A stretch of 63,140 nucleotides of DNA, the filler included, from Reticulomyxa filosa (taxonomy: Eukaryota > Protista > Foraminifera), in the NCBI GenBank assembly GCA_000512085.1. It is 11 parts of 11 records of this genome, joined end to end, with 100 filler letters (N's around TTAATTAATTAA, not from the genome) between each part and the next. Parts side by side here need not be neighbours in the genome. Positions count along the whole stretch, not along the records: positions 10,183 to 23,533 come from ASPP01006346.1; 10 more parts are not named here. One strand, given 5' to 3'. Of the stretch, positions 11,714 through 23,633 are shown piece by piece (position 1 is the first letter of the stretch; every line of letters begins with the position of its first letter). The notes beneath the pieces were generated by a model, which worked only from the letters and a program-made list of their open reading frames with translations, was not told the origin of the DNA and ran no database searches. Made by a program: the position numbers and the translations under genes.

Positions 11714-13198
11714 TTGCAAACAGAAGAAAGAATAAATGAGAGCGACGCCTCTGAAAAAAAAGATTTCAAAGAGATAAGTTATAAGAATAGTGATAGCGGA
11801 TACGAACAATCGGAAACTAGGACGAGAGGTATCCCTGAAACGTTAAATTTTAAGAGATATTGGAATAGAAACTGGAGAAAAGCAAATGCAGAAGCAGCAA
11901 AAATGGTTGAACAGATGTTACATAATAATGACCAAGGATTGATTGTTATTGTATATAATACCCCTGAATGGAAAGGCATAAATGATACTTCATCTTTACC
12001 ATCTTCTTTTATTACATTAGTAAACAACAATAAAAGTGAAAGAAAACAATTTGACAAATACTGGATGTATGTCATCAAAAGCAATTCAGTAATATTAGAT
12101 AATGTAAATATTGATGGAAATATGTATGCAATCAATTGCGAAATTCAATTCAACGAAAATGTCAATATTACAATTCAATTATTTATTACAAAAAATGTCA
12201 TTATTGATCAACGACTGAAACAAAGTATTTCACCTATTTTATGGAATACTAAAATGCATTATGATATCCCAGTGCTACTTCAAGATCTCGAAAATAAAGA
12301 TGAACAATGTAAATTAAAAAAACTCTTTGATGGTTCCATTATTCATTTGCAAAAGCATCTACAAATTTGTACGAGTTCATTTGGATTTAATCATCCTTAT
12401 GTTGCCATTTCGTACAACATGATTGGACTTAGGTATGATGATAAAGGACAATACGACAAAGCTATTGAATTCTTTGGAAAAGCATTAGAAATTATATTAG
12501 ATATTTTTGGAATCAATTATAGTTTTGTTGCTCAATTATATTATAACTTAGGACTCACCTATGATAATAAGCAACAATATGACAAATCTATTGAATGTCA
12601 TGAAAAAGCTTTGAAAATTAGACTGGAGGTTTTTGGAACTAGTCATGAAGATGTTGCTATTGCATATTATGGTTTAGGGTTTACCTATGGGAAAAAAGGA
12701 GACGATGCTAAAGCGAGTGAATTCTTCGAAAAGGCACTACAAATAAGATTGAAAATTTTTGGTACTGATCATAATGATGTCGCCAAGTCTTATTATGCGT
12801 TAGGAAACACTTACCAAAATACAAAAGAATATGAGAAATCAGCTGAATGTCATGAAAAAGCTTTGAAAATAAGATTGGAACGTTTTGGTGTCAACCATCG
12901 TGATGTTGCTGACTCGTACAACAATTTAGGCTGTCTCTATCATGACAAAAGGCAATATGATAAAGCAATTGACTGTCATAAAAAAGCATTAGAGATAAGG
13001 AGACAAATATTTGGAAATTCAAGTAATCATGTTGCTAATTCTTTGTGGAATTTAGGATATATATTTGAAACAATTGGAGATACAGAAACTGCACGCAAAT
13101 ATTTTGAAGAGTCATGGAAAGTGTTTAATGTGATATTAGGAGAATGGCACACAGAAACATTAGGAACAAAAAGGGCTGTGAAAAGATTGAGCAGATGA
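11714..13198 (+). CDS. Tetratricopeptide-repeat protein (kinesin light chain/nephrocystin-3-type 42-aa TPRs)
   Basis: Repeated HxDVAxSYNNLG..Y..YDKAIE..EKALxIR units. The first in-frame ATG is at 11903, so the true 5' end is uncertain or decayed. Confidence 0.85.
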   Translation: MQTEERINESDASEKKDFKEISYKNSDSGYEQSETRTRGIPETLNFKRYWNRNWRKANAEAAKMVEQMLHNNDQGLIVIVYNTPEWKGINDTSSLPSSFITLVNNNKSERKQFDKYWMYVIKSNSVILDNVNIDGNMYAINCEIQFNENVNITIQLFITKNVIIDQRLKQSISPILWNTKMHYDIPVLLQDLENKDEQCKLKKLFDGSIIHLQKHLQICTSSFGFNHPYVAISYNMIGLRYDDKGQYDKAIEFFGKALEIILDIFGINYSFVAQLYYNLGLTYDNKQQYDKSIECHEKALKIRLEVFGTSHEDVAIAYYGLGFTYGKKGDDAKASEFFEKALQIRLKIFGTDHNDVAKSYYALGNTYQNTKEYEKSAECHEKALKIRLERFGVNHRDVADSYNNLGCLYHDKRQYDKAIDCHKKALEIRRQIFGNSSNHVANSLWNLGYIFETIGDTETARKYFEESWKVFNVILGEWHTETLGTKRAVKRLSR

Positions 13199-13323
13199 TT
13201 CATATGATCTGTTTCATTGTTTTATCTCCTTTTATTTGCATTTTTTAAAGCTTTTGATTTGTAATGTTTGTATTGTTGTTTATGTCTTATTCCAACAAAA
13301 GAAATCTAATTATTCAGTTTCTT

Positions 13324-14497
13324 TTATCCCCATATTCGTATTGTTTTGTCAGAAGAACTTGACACAATGATGCTGTTATCTGGTGAGGTAGATACTTCTG
13401 CTACTGGTCCAGAATGCCCTTTCAATTTTTGTATTTCATAACCTGACCTCACATCCCATAACGTAATCATTGTATCATTTGAACACGATACAATAGTATG
13501 ACAATCTGAAAAATATTTCACATCGTTTATACTGTTTGAACAGTTTTCTAAAATTTGTACTTCTTTTCCTGATTTTACATCCCATATTCGTATTGTTTTA
13601 TCCCATGAACATGACACAACAAAATGACCATCTGGAGAAAATTTTGCACGCATTATGACAGTGGAATGTCCTTTTAATTGTTTTAATCGTTCTCCTGATT
13701 TTATATTCCATAAAGCAATTATGTGATCGCCAGACACTGATAAATACATTTGTCCATCTGGAGAAAATTGTATATTATTTACACCGCTTACATGATGGCC
13801 AAGTTTTTGTATCTCTTTCCCAGAATTCACATCCCATAATCTTATCGTTCCATCAGATGAACTTGACGCAATTTGTTTACCATCTGGAATAAAGCTTATA
13901 TCCCATACCGCATCTAAATGTCCCTCTAATTTTCTCAACTCTTTTCCTGTTGTTATATCCCATAATCGAACCGTTTTGTCATATGAACACGAAGCAACAG
14001 TACATCCATCTGGCGAAAATATTGCACCGTACACCCAATTGGTATGTCCTTCAAATACTTGAATCAGTTTTTCCGACGTAACATCCCATATTCCAACTGT
14101 TCTATCATACGATGCTGAGACAAGCTTGCGGCCATCTGGAGAAAATCTTATGGTTCTTACTGTATCGTTATGTCCATGTAAAATTTTCAATAATTCAAAA
14201 CATTTTACCTGTATGTTGTTGGATGTTGGTGATTAACAATGATAAACATTCGTATTAAACAAATGATTAACATATTTGAAAACAATCTTATCAAAATGAT
14301 GAATCCACCCTAGTTTTATAAAATAAATTTGAAGCCAATTTTGAATAATCAGGCTCACTTCTTTTTCTGACTATTCTTTAGTTAATCCAAACAAAATATC
14401 ATCATCTAATTTATAATAACAGATTCATATCTGTTAACGTGAAACGAAAACTTACTAGTTGTGCTGTGTTTTCTTTGTTGTCAGTGATAGTATTCAT
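13324..14497 (-). CDS. WD40-repeat protein (exons 14497-14456, 14370-14272, 14208-13324)
   Basis: About seven GH..FSPDG..WD repeats. Two phase-0 GT-AG introns. The middle exon encodes IIQNWLQIYFIKLGWIHHFDKIV. Confidence 0.9.
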
Positions 14498-14947
14498 TCT
14501 TCCTATTTTGTTGAAGTGAAAAAAGTCAAATCGATATTGTTATTTATGAACAACTTTATACTGTATATCCTTTTCATCCATTTTTAAACTAAAACTTTTT
14601 CCCTCTCAAAAATTAAAATTTACTTCTTTTGAAAGAGTTCAAATTTTTGATTAATTTTATGATAATTTCATTTCGATTGGGAAAATGAAATTTTTTATGA
14701 CAGTTTTCAAAAATAATAAGAGATTGTTCATAAAACAAACAAATGTTGATGCTCAATGGAAGCACTGCCTGAATTCCTTTTTTAAATTAAAAAGCTTCTT
14801 TTTGATCCAATTTATTACCAATGACAGAAAAGAAGTTGTACGAGCAATAGGACATGTATTATCGGAACATTACTTGTGCCACGGAGTTTTTAGGATTCCT
14901 CGTCAAAAAAAATACCAAAAAGTATTCGGATAAAACAGCAAAAATCC

Positions 14948-15955
14948 ATGTCATTTACTGTCCAAATACAATATAAACTACCAAATGCCGATATTGGTGC
15001 CAAATATGCGACATCTAAGCAAAGAGGCAAAGCCAAGCCTAGTTTAATTCAAAACAAAGGAAAAAAACAACAAAAGAAGGCCCAAAAAAAAGAAGCGAAT
15101 CAAATAGAGACTTGCGCAATGATGTTCGAGCAACTACAGTTAGATGGAATACGAGATCCAAAGCTGCGAAATGGAATTGACTTTTTGTTGCTAACAGAAA
15201 ATGAAAGACAAGTAAAACTCGAAAACAACAAATGGCACTGTTTTAAGTTTGGAGTGTTTTTGTTGGGACACGGCATTAGCTTGACAGTGCAAAATGATGC
15301 AGACGATGTCAACGATATGGGGCATTTGAAACTAAAGACAAGTTATTTGTGGATCCAAAATACCTGTGTAATTCATTGCAACTCTTTGGGATACCCAAGC
15401 GACATGGGACCAGGCAAGGGCGAAAAAGGCACCGAAATACGACGTGCCGGAGGAGGTGCAAGTTATGGTTCCAAAGGACGTACACGCAACTTTGTCAGCG
15501 GCAATGGCAAAAACGGAGTCCCCTATGGAGAGGATAGCTTGTTGAAGGAAATTCACTTTGGAAGTGGTGGTGGTTCTACTTTCGTCTGCAAAAAATCCCA
15601 TTGGGAAGGAGGAAGAGGGGGTGGTATCATTGAAATAATTGTAGAGCAACAGCTGATCAGCGAAGGAGCTATCGAGTGTAATGCAAGTGGTGGAGGATGG
15701 ATTGACATCGATGCGGGAGGTGGAAGTGGCGGCTCCATCTTACTTGTGCTACAGGCTCCTTGTCATATCCCTCATCTTTTGGGGCATATTGTAGCTGCAG
15801 GAGGTGGAACGTTTAATCGCGGTATTTACACTGGCGGTCACGGCAGAATTGCCATTTACTCTAGAGCTATTGCCTTACTTGCCATGCACACTGTCTTTCC
15901 ACCTCCTTATACATCAAAAGCTATTCCAAAGGAATCCTTTCTTTTAAGTAAATGA
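14948..15955 (+). CDS. Glycine-rich (GSGGG/GGGII/GGGSGGSI) domain protein
   Basis: 335-aa ORF with AGGGASYG, HFGSGGG, GGRGGGIIEI, GGGSGGSILL and GGHGRIAI motifs. Confidence 0.75.
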   Translation: MSFTVQIQYKLPNADIGAKYATSKQRGKAKPSLIQNKGKKQQKKAQKKEANQIETCAMMFEQLQLDGIRDPKLRNGIDFLLLTENERQVKLENNKWHCFKFGVFLLGHGISLTVQNDADDVNDMGHLKLKTSYLWIQNTCVIHCNSLGYPSDMGPGKGEKGTEIRRAGGGASYGSKGRTRNFVSGNGKNGVPYGEDSLLKEIHFGSGGGSTFVCKKSHWEGGRGGGIIEIIVEQQLISEGAIECNASGGGWIDIDAGGGSGGSILLVLQAPCHIPHLLGHIVAAGGGTFNRGIYTGGHGRIAIYSRAIALLAMHTVFPPPYTSKAIPKESFLLSK

Positions 15956-16438
15956 GAATACTACGTATACGTATATACATATACTTAGTCTAACTACATA
16001 CAATATCTTTTTTTGGTTATTCTTTGAAGAGATGGGTGATATTTCATATTTTTGCTTTTTTTTATTCGGTCTCACTTGATGTAATCATTCACGCGTTTTT
16101 AGTTTACACTGTGGTTTTCTTCTTTCTCGTATTCATTCTCAAGCTTCTGAAAAAATTGCAAAATGTCATGCATTTTCTTAATAAAATATTAAAGGAGTTT
16201 TACACAAAATATATCCTATTTTCAATAGCCAAAGAATAGTCAGTACTTTCCATTTCTTAAATAGTTTAGCAAAAAAACAAAAAAGCTCAAGTTTTTGAGA
16301 ATAATTTTAAAGATTACCGTTTTTTGATCAGAAGTAGACTTTGGCCTTGTGTATAAAGAAAAGGAGAAGCAGACAGGACTTCCCCTTTTTTTTCCCTTTC
16401 ACATTTAATTTTTTGATAATCATTTTTTCAATACGACA

Positions 16439-17941
16439 ATGGCACAAGCCTCCGAGTCGAAAACGGACGCCCCGCAGACGGTGTGGCCAACAAGTAGAGA
16501 TTCGTATAGTTTCGAAGAGCCAAACTACGGCGAGATTGGGAAGGGTTCGTTTGGGAAAGTGTACGTGGCATTATGCAAGCCCCTAAAAGTTGATTTAACC
16601 AAAAACAAAAAAATGAACTTTACCTAAAATAGCAATTTTAAAAAAAAAAAGCAAGACGTTGCGATCAAAGTGATAGAACTGGAAGCTCAAGACGATTCGA
16701 ACGTGGACGAAGAGAATCCGGATTTGATTTTGGAAGTGCAAGTTAAGAAATCAAAAATTATAAAGAAAATGCATTATCATTTGAAGGAGGAGAGAAAGAG
16801 GTCCCCTTTTTCAAAAAAAAAAAAAAAAAAAGAAAGAAGCGGCGATAATGCACTCGTTGCAACACGAGAATATAGTGACGTGTTATACCTCGTTTGTGGT
16901 GGAGAGCGAGCTGTGGATAGTAATGCCATTTTTGGCGGGCGGCAGTTGCACGGACTTGATGCGACAAGTGAGTCAATTTCAAGAAGGATTCAAGGACGAA
17001 AACATCCTCGCGACAATATTGCAGGACGTGCTGCGCGGGATTGAGTACTGTCACAAGGACGGACGCATCCATCGCGACGTGAAGGCGAGAAACATTTTGC
17101 TGAGTGAGACGGGCGTGGCGTTATTGGCTGACTTTGGTGTCAGCGGTGCCTTGGTCGAAGGGGGTCTGCGCAAGCGCGGGCGCAACACGTTGACTGGCAC
17201 TCCGTGTTGGATGGCTCCTGAGGTCATGAGTCAGCAGAGATATAATCACAGGGCTGATATTTGGAGTATCGGCATCACCGCTTTGGAGTTGGCTTTCGGA
17301 AAGGCCCCTTACGAAAACTTGCAGCCTTTTAAAGTTTTTTTTTTTTTAAAAAAAACTTTAAAAGAAAAGTTGATATGAATATTTATATACTTTGGATTTT
17401 CTTTACAAAAGGTGATGATGCAAGTAATGGACAATGAACCGCCCACGGTAGACGACTGCGGGAAGAATGACTTCAGTCGGGCATTCAAAAGCTTTGTGAG
17501 CAAATGCTTACAGAAGGACGCCAACAAACGTGCGACGGCCAAAGAGCTGCTTGCGTCCAGCTTCTTCAAAAAAGCTCAAAAGCATGAATATATCGTCAGC
17601 AACGTTCTTAAGTTTGGCACCGCCGTGAAGCGCAAACCCGGTGCTCCCAAGTCGGTCGCTGCCACGAAGACATCCGTGCAGACTGTCTCCACCAGCACCA
17701 CCAACGTTCAACAGGCTGGCAACAAAGACAAAGATGGGGAATCCATGGAATTCCGCTGGAGTGCCACCTTTTCCGAGGCTGATGCACCTCAGCAAAAACA
17801 ACAAAAGGGACGATTCACTGTTGAACCTGTCGAAGGTATGATTTGTATATTGTAATGTATATACTTTTTTTTTCCCTTTTGTGTTCGACCCTGTTTTGAA
17901 CGTCGCGAAATTGTATAGATGGAAGCGAAGAAGATACCTGA
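16439..17941 (+). CDS. STE20-family kinase, OSR1/SPAK (Fray)-like (exons 16439-16588, 16652-16741, 16833-17333, 17412-17835, 17919-17941)
   Basis: WPTSRDSY, GKGSFG, VAIK, ELWIVMPFLAGGSC, HRDVKARN, DFG, GTPCWMAPE and DIWSIGITALELAFG motifs. Four frame-consistent introns. Confidence 0.92.
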
Positions 17942-18643
17942 AGTTGATTTGAAGAGAGTTTTTTTTGTTGTTCATTCAATTTTTACTACAGTGCAAAAAT
18001 GTCTTTTGGTAAAGTTTTTTTTCGGTCTCAAACGTAAAGGATTTTTCTCAGCTTTCCTTTACTTTCACAAACACATTGCTTTCGACAAAATTTTTCGTCA
18101 CTGCTACTTTTCCTTTTTTGTTCCGTTTTCAAAATCTCTTTTTTTATTTCACAAATTAGATACCATTGTTTGGAAAGAAAGCAAAAATTTGTCAGTTTTT
18201 TGTTGCTTTTATTTTTTTTTAGGCCTTTTAAATACAAACTTCTGGAAATTTTTCCTCCCTTCCAATTTGCTAATTGTTTATTGGCATTAAAAATAAAATT
18301 TTACAAATTTTAATTTTAATACTGTTTTTCTTGGTGGTTGCGACTTGCAAACTTAAGTGTTAGTTAAAATAATTTTTGGGCATTTGGAAAAACTTAATAA
18401 ATTGTTTACTTTTTGTTCTGAAGTCACCCGCTCTTTACGTTTAAAAAGAGAAACACGAATTCTTAAAAAATAGACATTACTATAAGAATTACATTCTTGA
18501 GCTACCAAAAAAAACATTTCATTGCGTAGGCAAAATAAAACTAAAAAGTGAACAATATCCGAAATTACGACTAAATCTACTACGACAAGGAACTTTAAGA
18601 AAAAATTCGGCAAAAGAGTTCAGTTATTGTGAATTGTATAAAA

Positions 18644-20156
18644 ATGAGTTACGGAAAATATAAATCGAAGCTTAACGAGTTTTGCATTTCAAATATGTTG
18701 AGCGAACCAATCTGGAACTGCACAAAGCATGAAGAAGTGGAAATCTTCTGGGAGAGCCGTTGTTCGGTGAGAATCCCACGGTCGCGAATAAATTTCGAGC
18801 CAACGAATGAAATAACGAAGCGAGCATTAATGGACAGTGAATTGAGTGGAGAAAATCCAAACTATGGATTGTGCTCAATGATAATTTTTTCCTCTTCGGC
18901 AAGACAAAGCAAGAAAAAGGATAGCGAAGGTTTAGCAGCGTATCAACTATGGACCAAGTTTTCGAATGGGTTGCTACTTTCGCAATATGGTACACTGCAC
19001 GAGCAAATCAAGCAGAATTTTTATAACAGCTCCAAATTTAAGAAATTGGTCAAAGAGTTAGATTACCAATTGAGAGATGAAAAAGTTAAACAATCATCAG
19101 ATTTCATCAAGCAAATTCGTACATCCAAACTCCGTTTTTCACCGTCCCCATCTTCTCCCAACGACGGATGGATTCCACTCCAATTCTTAGCCACTCAAAT
19201 GAGTTCGATCCTTTGTGAATATTTTACTCCTTTGTTTGACCAAACCACAGAACATCGCAACGAACTATTTGCTATCTTTGTTCGGCTCCTCGTTTGTAAG
19301 GAGTCGAATAGATTCCAGGTCTTTCGAGAGTGTGCAGGCTCATTAGTTTTTTAACCGATATACGTACTTATGTTTATTTACACGTATACTGTATGAGATT
19401 CTTTTTTTTTTTGTTAAGTCACATTAGGCGGGAGAAATGAAGGAACTCTTTTTAACATTTTTTTTTTTAAAAAAAAAAGAAACTCTTGAGTGCGGAGGAT
19501 ATGCCAGATTGGTACAAGCCAAGCGCATCAGGTGGGGTGTTTGGTGTAGCGAATACAATGAAGACATGGGAGTCATGGAAGGAACCTTATGTGTATTACA
19601 TTCGTCGAAAAGATTATACGTATTCTTTTTTGAAGGATTTGCCTACGTTTGACGAAGCGCAAGCAGAGAGTTTTCGAATCAAAGGCAATGAGTTTTATAA
19701 CGACAAAAAAATGGATGAAGCCATTGATTGGTACACTCAATCCCTTCGTCACAACGAATACAATTTTCACACTTTCTTAAATCGCTCACTTTGCTATCTT
19801 AAACTCGAGCGATTTGACAAAGCCTTGGAGGATGTCAATTCCGCTATTCAACTAAAAGTTTTTTAATTTTTTTTAAAAAAATATCTCTCAATACTGAAAG
19901 TTATCTATACGTGATATTGTACTACAAATGTATACAGCCTACGTACCCGAAAAGTGTTGCCATTAAAGCTAAGATACTCCTTGCACTTGGCTCCACTCTG
20001 CATGCCGAAAGTTCTTGTGTGCAAGCAATCACTTATGCGCGCCGTCAAAACAATACGGCCATATGTAAGGAATATGAGGATTTGTTGGACATTATTGTTA
20101 AGGCCGCATCTCCACAGAGATATGAAAAACAATCGGATACTACTTCCAAAACCTAG
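18644..20156 (+). CDS. Protein with unknown N-terminal domain and C-terminal co-chaperone-type TPR (exons 18644-19345, 19480-19857, 19938-20156)
   Basis: AESFRIKGNEFY..AIDWYTQSL..NRSLCYLKL..ALEDVNSAI is a carboxylate-clamp-type TPR. Two phase-0 introns. Confidence 0.8.
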
Positions 20157-20405
20157 CTGCCACCCCTTATTACTGATAATTCTTTCTCTTAACTTCTATT
20201 TTAGTTTTGCTTTTACATTCCAGTTTGGCTGTGTGCTTATTTTCAATCCAAATGAGACTAGCTATTGGTTTCTTATCAAATTTTTTTATTTTGGAAGAAG
20301 AGCCAAAGTCTACTTTCACTGGGCATACTTCTAAACAACTTGCCAAAGTTGAGAATTTTACAAGATATCATCAAAAAAGGATTCAGTTCACTTGAAAAAA
20401 AGGCA

Positions 20406-21047
20406 ATGTGTAAAGAGTGTGTCACTGATCCATATCCGGATAGAGAATCCATGTGCTGTGATGACGGCACCTATTTTTTGAATTACAAACATTGCAAAAA
20501 TTGTCAAAAAAAGACATTAATCAAAAATGTCGACAGGTACATATTCTTCTCGTTGTCCTTTTCCGCTGTAACACGCACAACAAAAAAAAAGGAAAGAAGA
20601 TGAAGAATCTGACGGAGAAGAAACAGTTGTTTATCAACGTTAAAAAAAAAACGCGCTTGTATACAAACAGCCAGAGCAAAGTAGCCAATAAAAGATTAAA
20701 ATAAAAATATAGACAGTTGCAGTGGATGTGGGCATGTAATAGCTGAACATTACTATCGATACGAGTTAAATAACGAAGAGAAGTTGCACAATTATTTGAT
20801 GGAATGTTTGCTTTGTGGAAGAGGAAAGAACGAGCAACATGTAGATATCAAATATCCTGATTATATATCCTCACAGTTGACAAAAGAGCAATTGAAGGAC
20901 CCTTCTGTCTCCAATGCAGATTCTGCAAAAACCATTCCTTTGGATTTATCGTCTTTGTCCAAAACCATCCAACTTGTCAATGACAAACTAGATGAAAAGG
21001 AAGACGAAAAACAAACATCTTCACATAATAATGAGTGGGATGATTAG
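20406..21047 (+). CDS. CHURC1: Churchill zinc-binding protein (exons 20406-20536, 20592-20638, 20713-21047)
   Basis: Spliced protein MCKECV..YPDRESMCCDDGTYFLNY..CKNC..DGEETVVYQHSCSGCGHVIAEHYY..YLMECLLCGRG follows the Churchill consensus along its length. Confidence 0.9.
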
Positions 21048-21817
21048 CTCATCTTCTGATTAATTGTGTTGCTTTTCGATTCTTTTCAGACCTTATATTG
21101 ACCACTTAGCCTTTTTTAACAAAATATTTCCTTTGCAACTTTTCGTCATTACCCCTTTTTTTTAAACGGTCAACCTTTGTTTTTTTCACTTTTGAATGTT
21201 GATATTGGACACTTTCACTTTTTAAAAGCATGAAAATGAAACACAATAAAAGAAAATAAGGGTGTTGTTGGGATCGCGAGTGTGCAAATATGACTGCATG
21301 TCTATCGCATGGAATACTTTTGTAGTACAAAAATTGCTTGATATATAAACAAAAGGAAATTAGAACTTCAATATTGTTATGTAATCAGTTTCCTCCACAA
21401 AGAGGCATCTTGTTTCTTTTTAAAAGTGGATTGGCAGTGGTACACACGTTACTTATAAATTTTTTTATTTTTGGTACAAATTTTCGAAAATTTCTCTCAC
21501 AAAAAGTTAGTAGAATTATTTCCTTTTTTTCGAGTTTACATATACCTATTTCGATACGTTTCTATTGTTAAAACAAAACTAAAAGAAATGTTTTTTTGAA
21601 GTGATTTGCGGTTAGCGAATTTTTAAGCCCCAAACAAAATAAAAAACAAGAAAAGCAGTTTAATTGCAGGCCTTTTTTGATTTGGCCGAAAGTCGCATTA
21701 TTTGCTTTTTTTGTGAATCTGAAGAGCAAAAGAAAAGGATACCGAGACTTTTTTTGGAACGGGGAACAACTTGAAACAAAACAAAAATCAAAACAGAAAA
21801 CAAACAAAAAACAAGAT

Positions 21818-23052
21818 TTAATGTAGGTCTAAATCATGAATAGGAAACCCCAAGAAACGTTTGACCCCTTCATAAGTGGTCCAAGTGATGGCAGCAGAAG
21901 GAATCATATACAAGACTCGTGCACTAGCTCCAGACATTAAAACAGTATATCCCAGAGACTGGTTGTAGTGCAATAAGCGATTAACAGTCAAAGGTATGGA
22001 CAAATAACCACATTTGGGATCGGTTTGAATAGTAGTTTTGATGACATCCAATGGATTGCTGACCAAGCCAGCCAAGCCGCCGGCCAACGCCCCAGAGATT
22101 AAGTGCACATACCAAACAGAATCGCTTTGTCCAAGAGAGTTAGTTAAAATGAGTTTGCTTGTTTCGTACGTGATAAAGTTTGTGACAAACACGGGGATAT
22201 TCAACAGCACCGTTGCCGGGTAAGACCGATAAAACGACAAATATCCATCTTTTTTAAACGTCTCCATCGCACAATGACAAACATTATCATATCTACAAGC
22301 CTTTATTTGCATTTTTTGTTTTACCACGTCGAAAGGAGTTACGATCAAATCATGGGCTGTTTTTTTTAAAATTCTTATTATTATAATTTTTTAAAATTAA
22401 AAAAAAAAAAGATTTACCACAAGTCGCTGCACACGCAGCCATCGCAGTTTTGAGTGGGTCATGAGTGTTGGATTTGATCCTGAGACGAAATTTTGCATAC
22501 TCATAACTACCAAAATACGCTGCATGCGATGGAACTGCTGCGACCAGCACTGCCGGTAGCCCACGAAATAGTACTGTAAATCCTTCGTTTTTTAGTATCT
22601 ATCGTATTTCATGCATTTGCCCCCCTTTTCTTTCTTTTATAGATTCATGCACTTATTCATAAGGATTATAACGGTGTGCATTATTATTATTTTTTTTTGC
22701 GAAACTTTTTGGAAACAATCAATAAATCCTTTGTATACAACGTCGTTGTTCAGCTTCGCTTGAAGCACCGATTGCAACCGCGTTTTGATGGTATCTATCT
22801 ACACAAATGTTCACTTCAATGTGGCTACAAAGTAAGTTTAAAAGAATAATAAAAAAAAGGGAAAAAAGAAATTTCTTGAGTTCTTACCGGATATAAGGTC
22901 GAGTGTTCCACCAATCCTGCGCAAGAGCCTGCTATACACGCTCTCCACCAACGACTTTCCTCTAGGTTCTCCTCTAGGTTTTTTATCTTTGTTGCGGTTG
23001 ATCGTGTATTTGCGGTTTCATTTGCCATTACGGTGAACTTTTTTTGGGCCAT
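21818..23052 (-). CDS. Mitochondrial carrier (SLC25), mitoferrin/MRS3-4-like (exons 23052-22888, 22798-22706, 22598-22418, 22356-21818)
   Basis: Three PxDxxK signature motifs; AGLVEH..YPIDTIKTR, PSHAAYF, HD..TPFDVVKQ and FYRSYPAT..NIP are typical of mitoferrins. Confidence 0.9.
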
Positions 23053-23509
23053 GCTATTGGAAATTTCAGAAGGGGAGCGCGTTTGTAAAGCGAACAGAAA
23101 AAATTACAAATGGAAAGAATTGGCAAAAACTGAAATGTAAAACAGCAATAATACTCATATACATATTATTGAATAGGAAAAAAACTATTTTTCGATAATA
23201 AAACCACTTTTTCCAAAAATTGTATAGATTAAAGGATGTCTCTTTTGATACAAATGTTTTATTTTTGTTTTTTCTTTGACAAAATCCAACTTCAATCAAA
23301 TAAATCAAAAACTGTCGATAATAAGTGATAAACATTAATTTTGTGTATTTATTAATTTTTAAAATATTTTTTGAAAAACAAATTAAATGTCAAATGTTGG
23401 AGGACAAAATAATCAATATTGTGAACAAATTTTGGAAGTTACTGTAAATGGTACGGAATTACGCAAGCGCTTTCAAAGTGTAAAAAATACAGATATTGGA
23501 TTCAATATA

Positions 23510-23533
23510 CAGTAGGTTGCAAAAAAAACGGAA
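23510..23533 (+). mobile_element. Terminal fragment of the Tc1-like TIR at a contig end
   Basis: TA|CAGTAGGTTGCAAAAAAAAC matches the TIR start of the 2717 and 47418 copies. Confidence 0.6.
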
Positions 23534-23633
23534 NNNNNNNNNNNNNNNNNNNNNNNNNNNNNNNNNNNNNNNNNNNNTTAATTAATTAANNNNNNNNNNN
23601 NNNNNNNNNNNNNNNNNNNNNNNNNNNNNNNNN
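23534..23633. other. Artificial contig linker
   Basis: N44-TTAATTAATTAA-N44. Confidence 0.98.

Noticed and set aside
17508-18290. Long antisense and Phe/Lys-rich ORFs in the ORF track
   Set aside because: These are shadows of real exons or products of A/T homopolymer tracts, with no motifs.
16439-23052. Tight cluster kinase-TPR-Churchill-mitoferrin as a possible functional gene cluster
   Set aside because: The functions are unrelated, and compact spacing alone is not evidence of a shared pathway.
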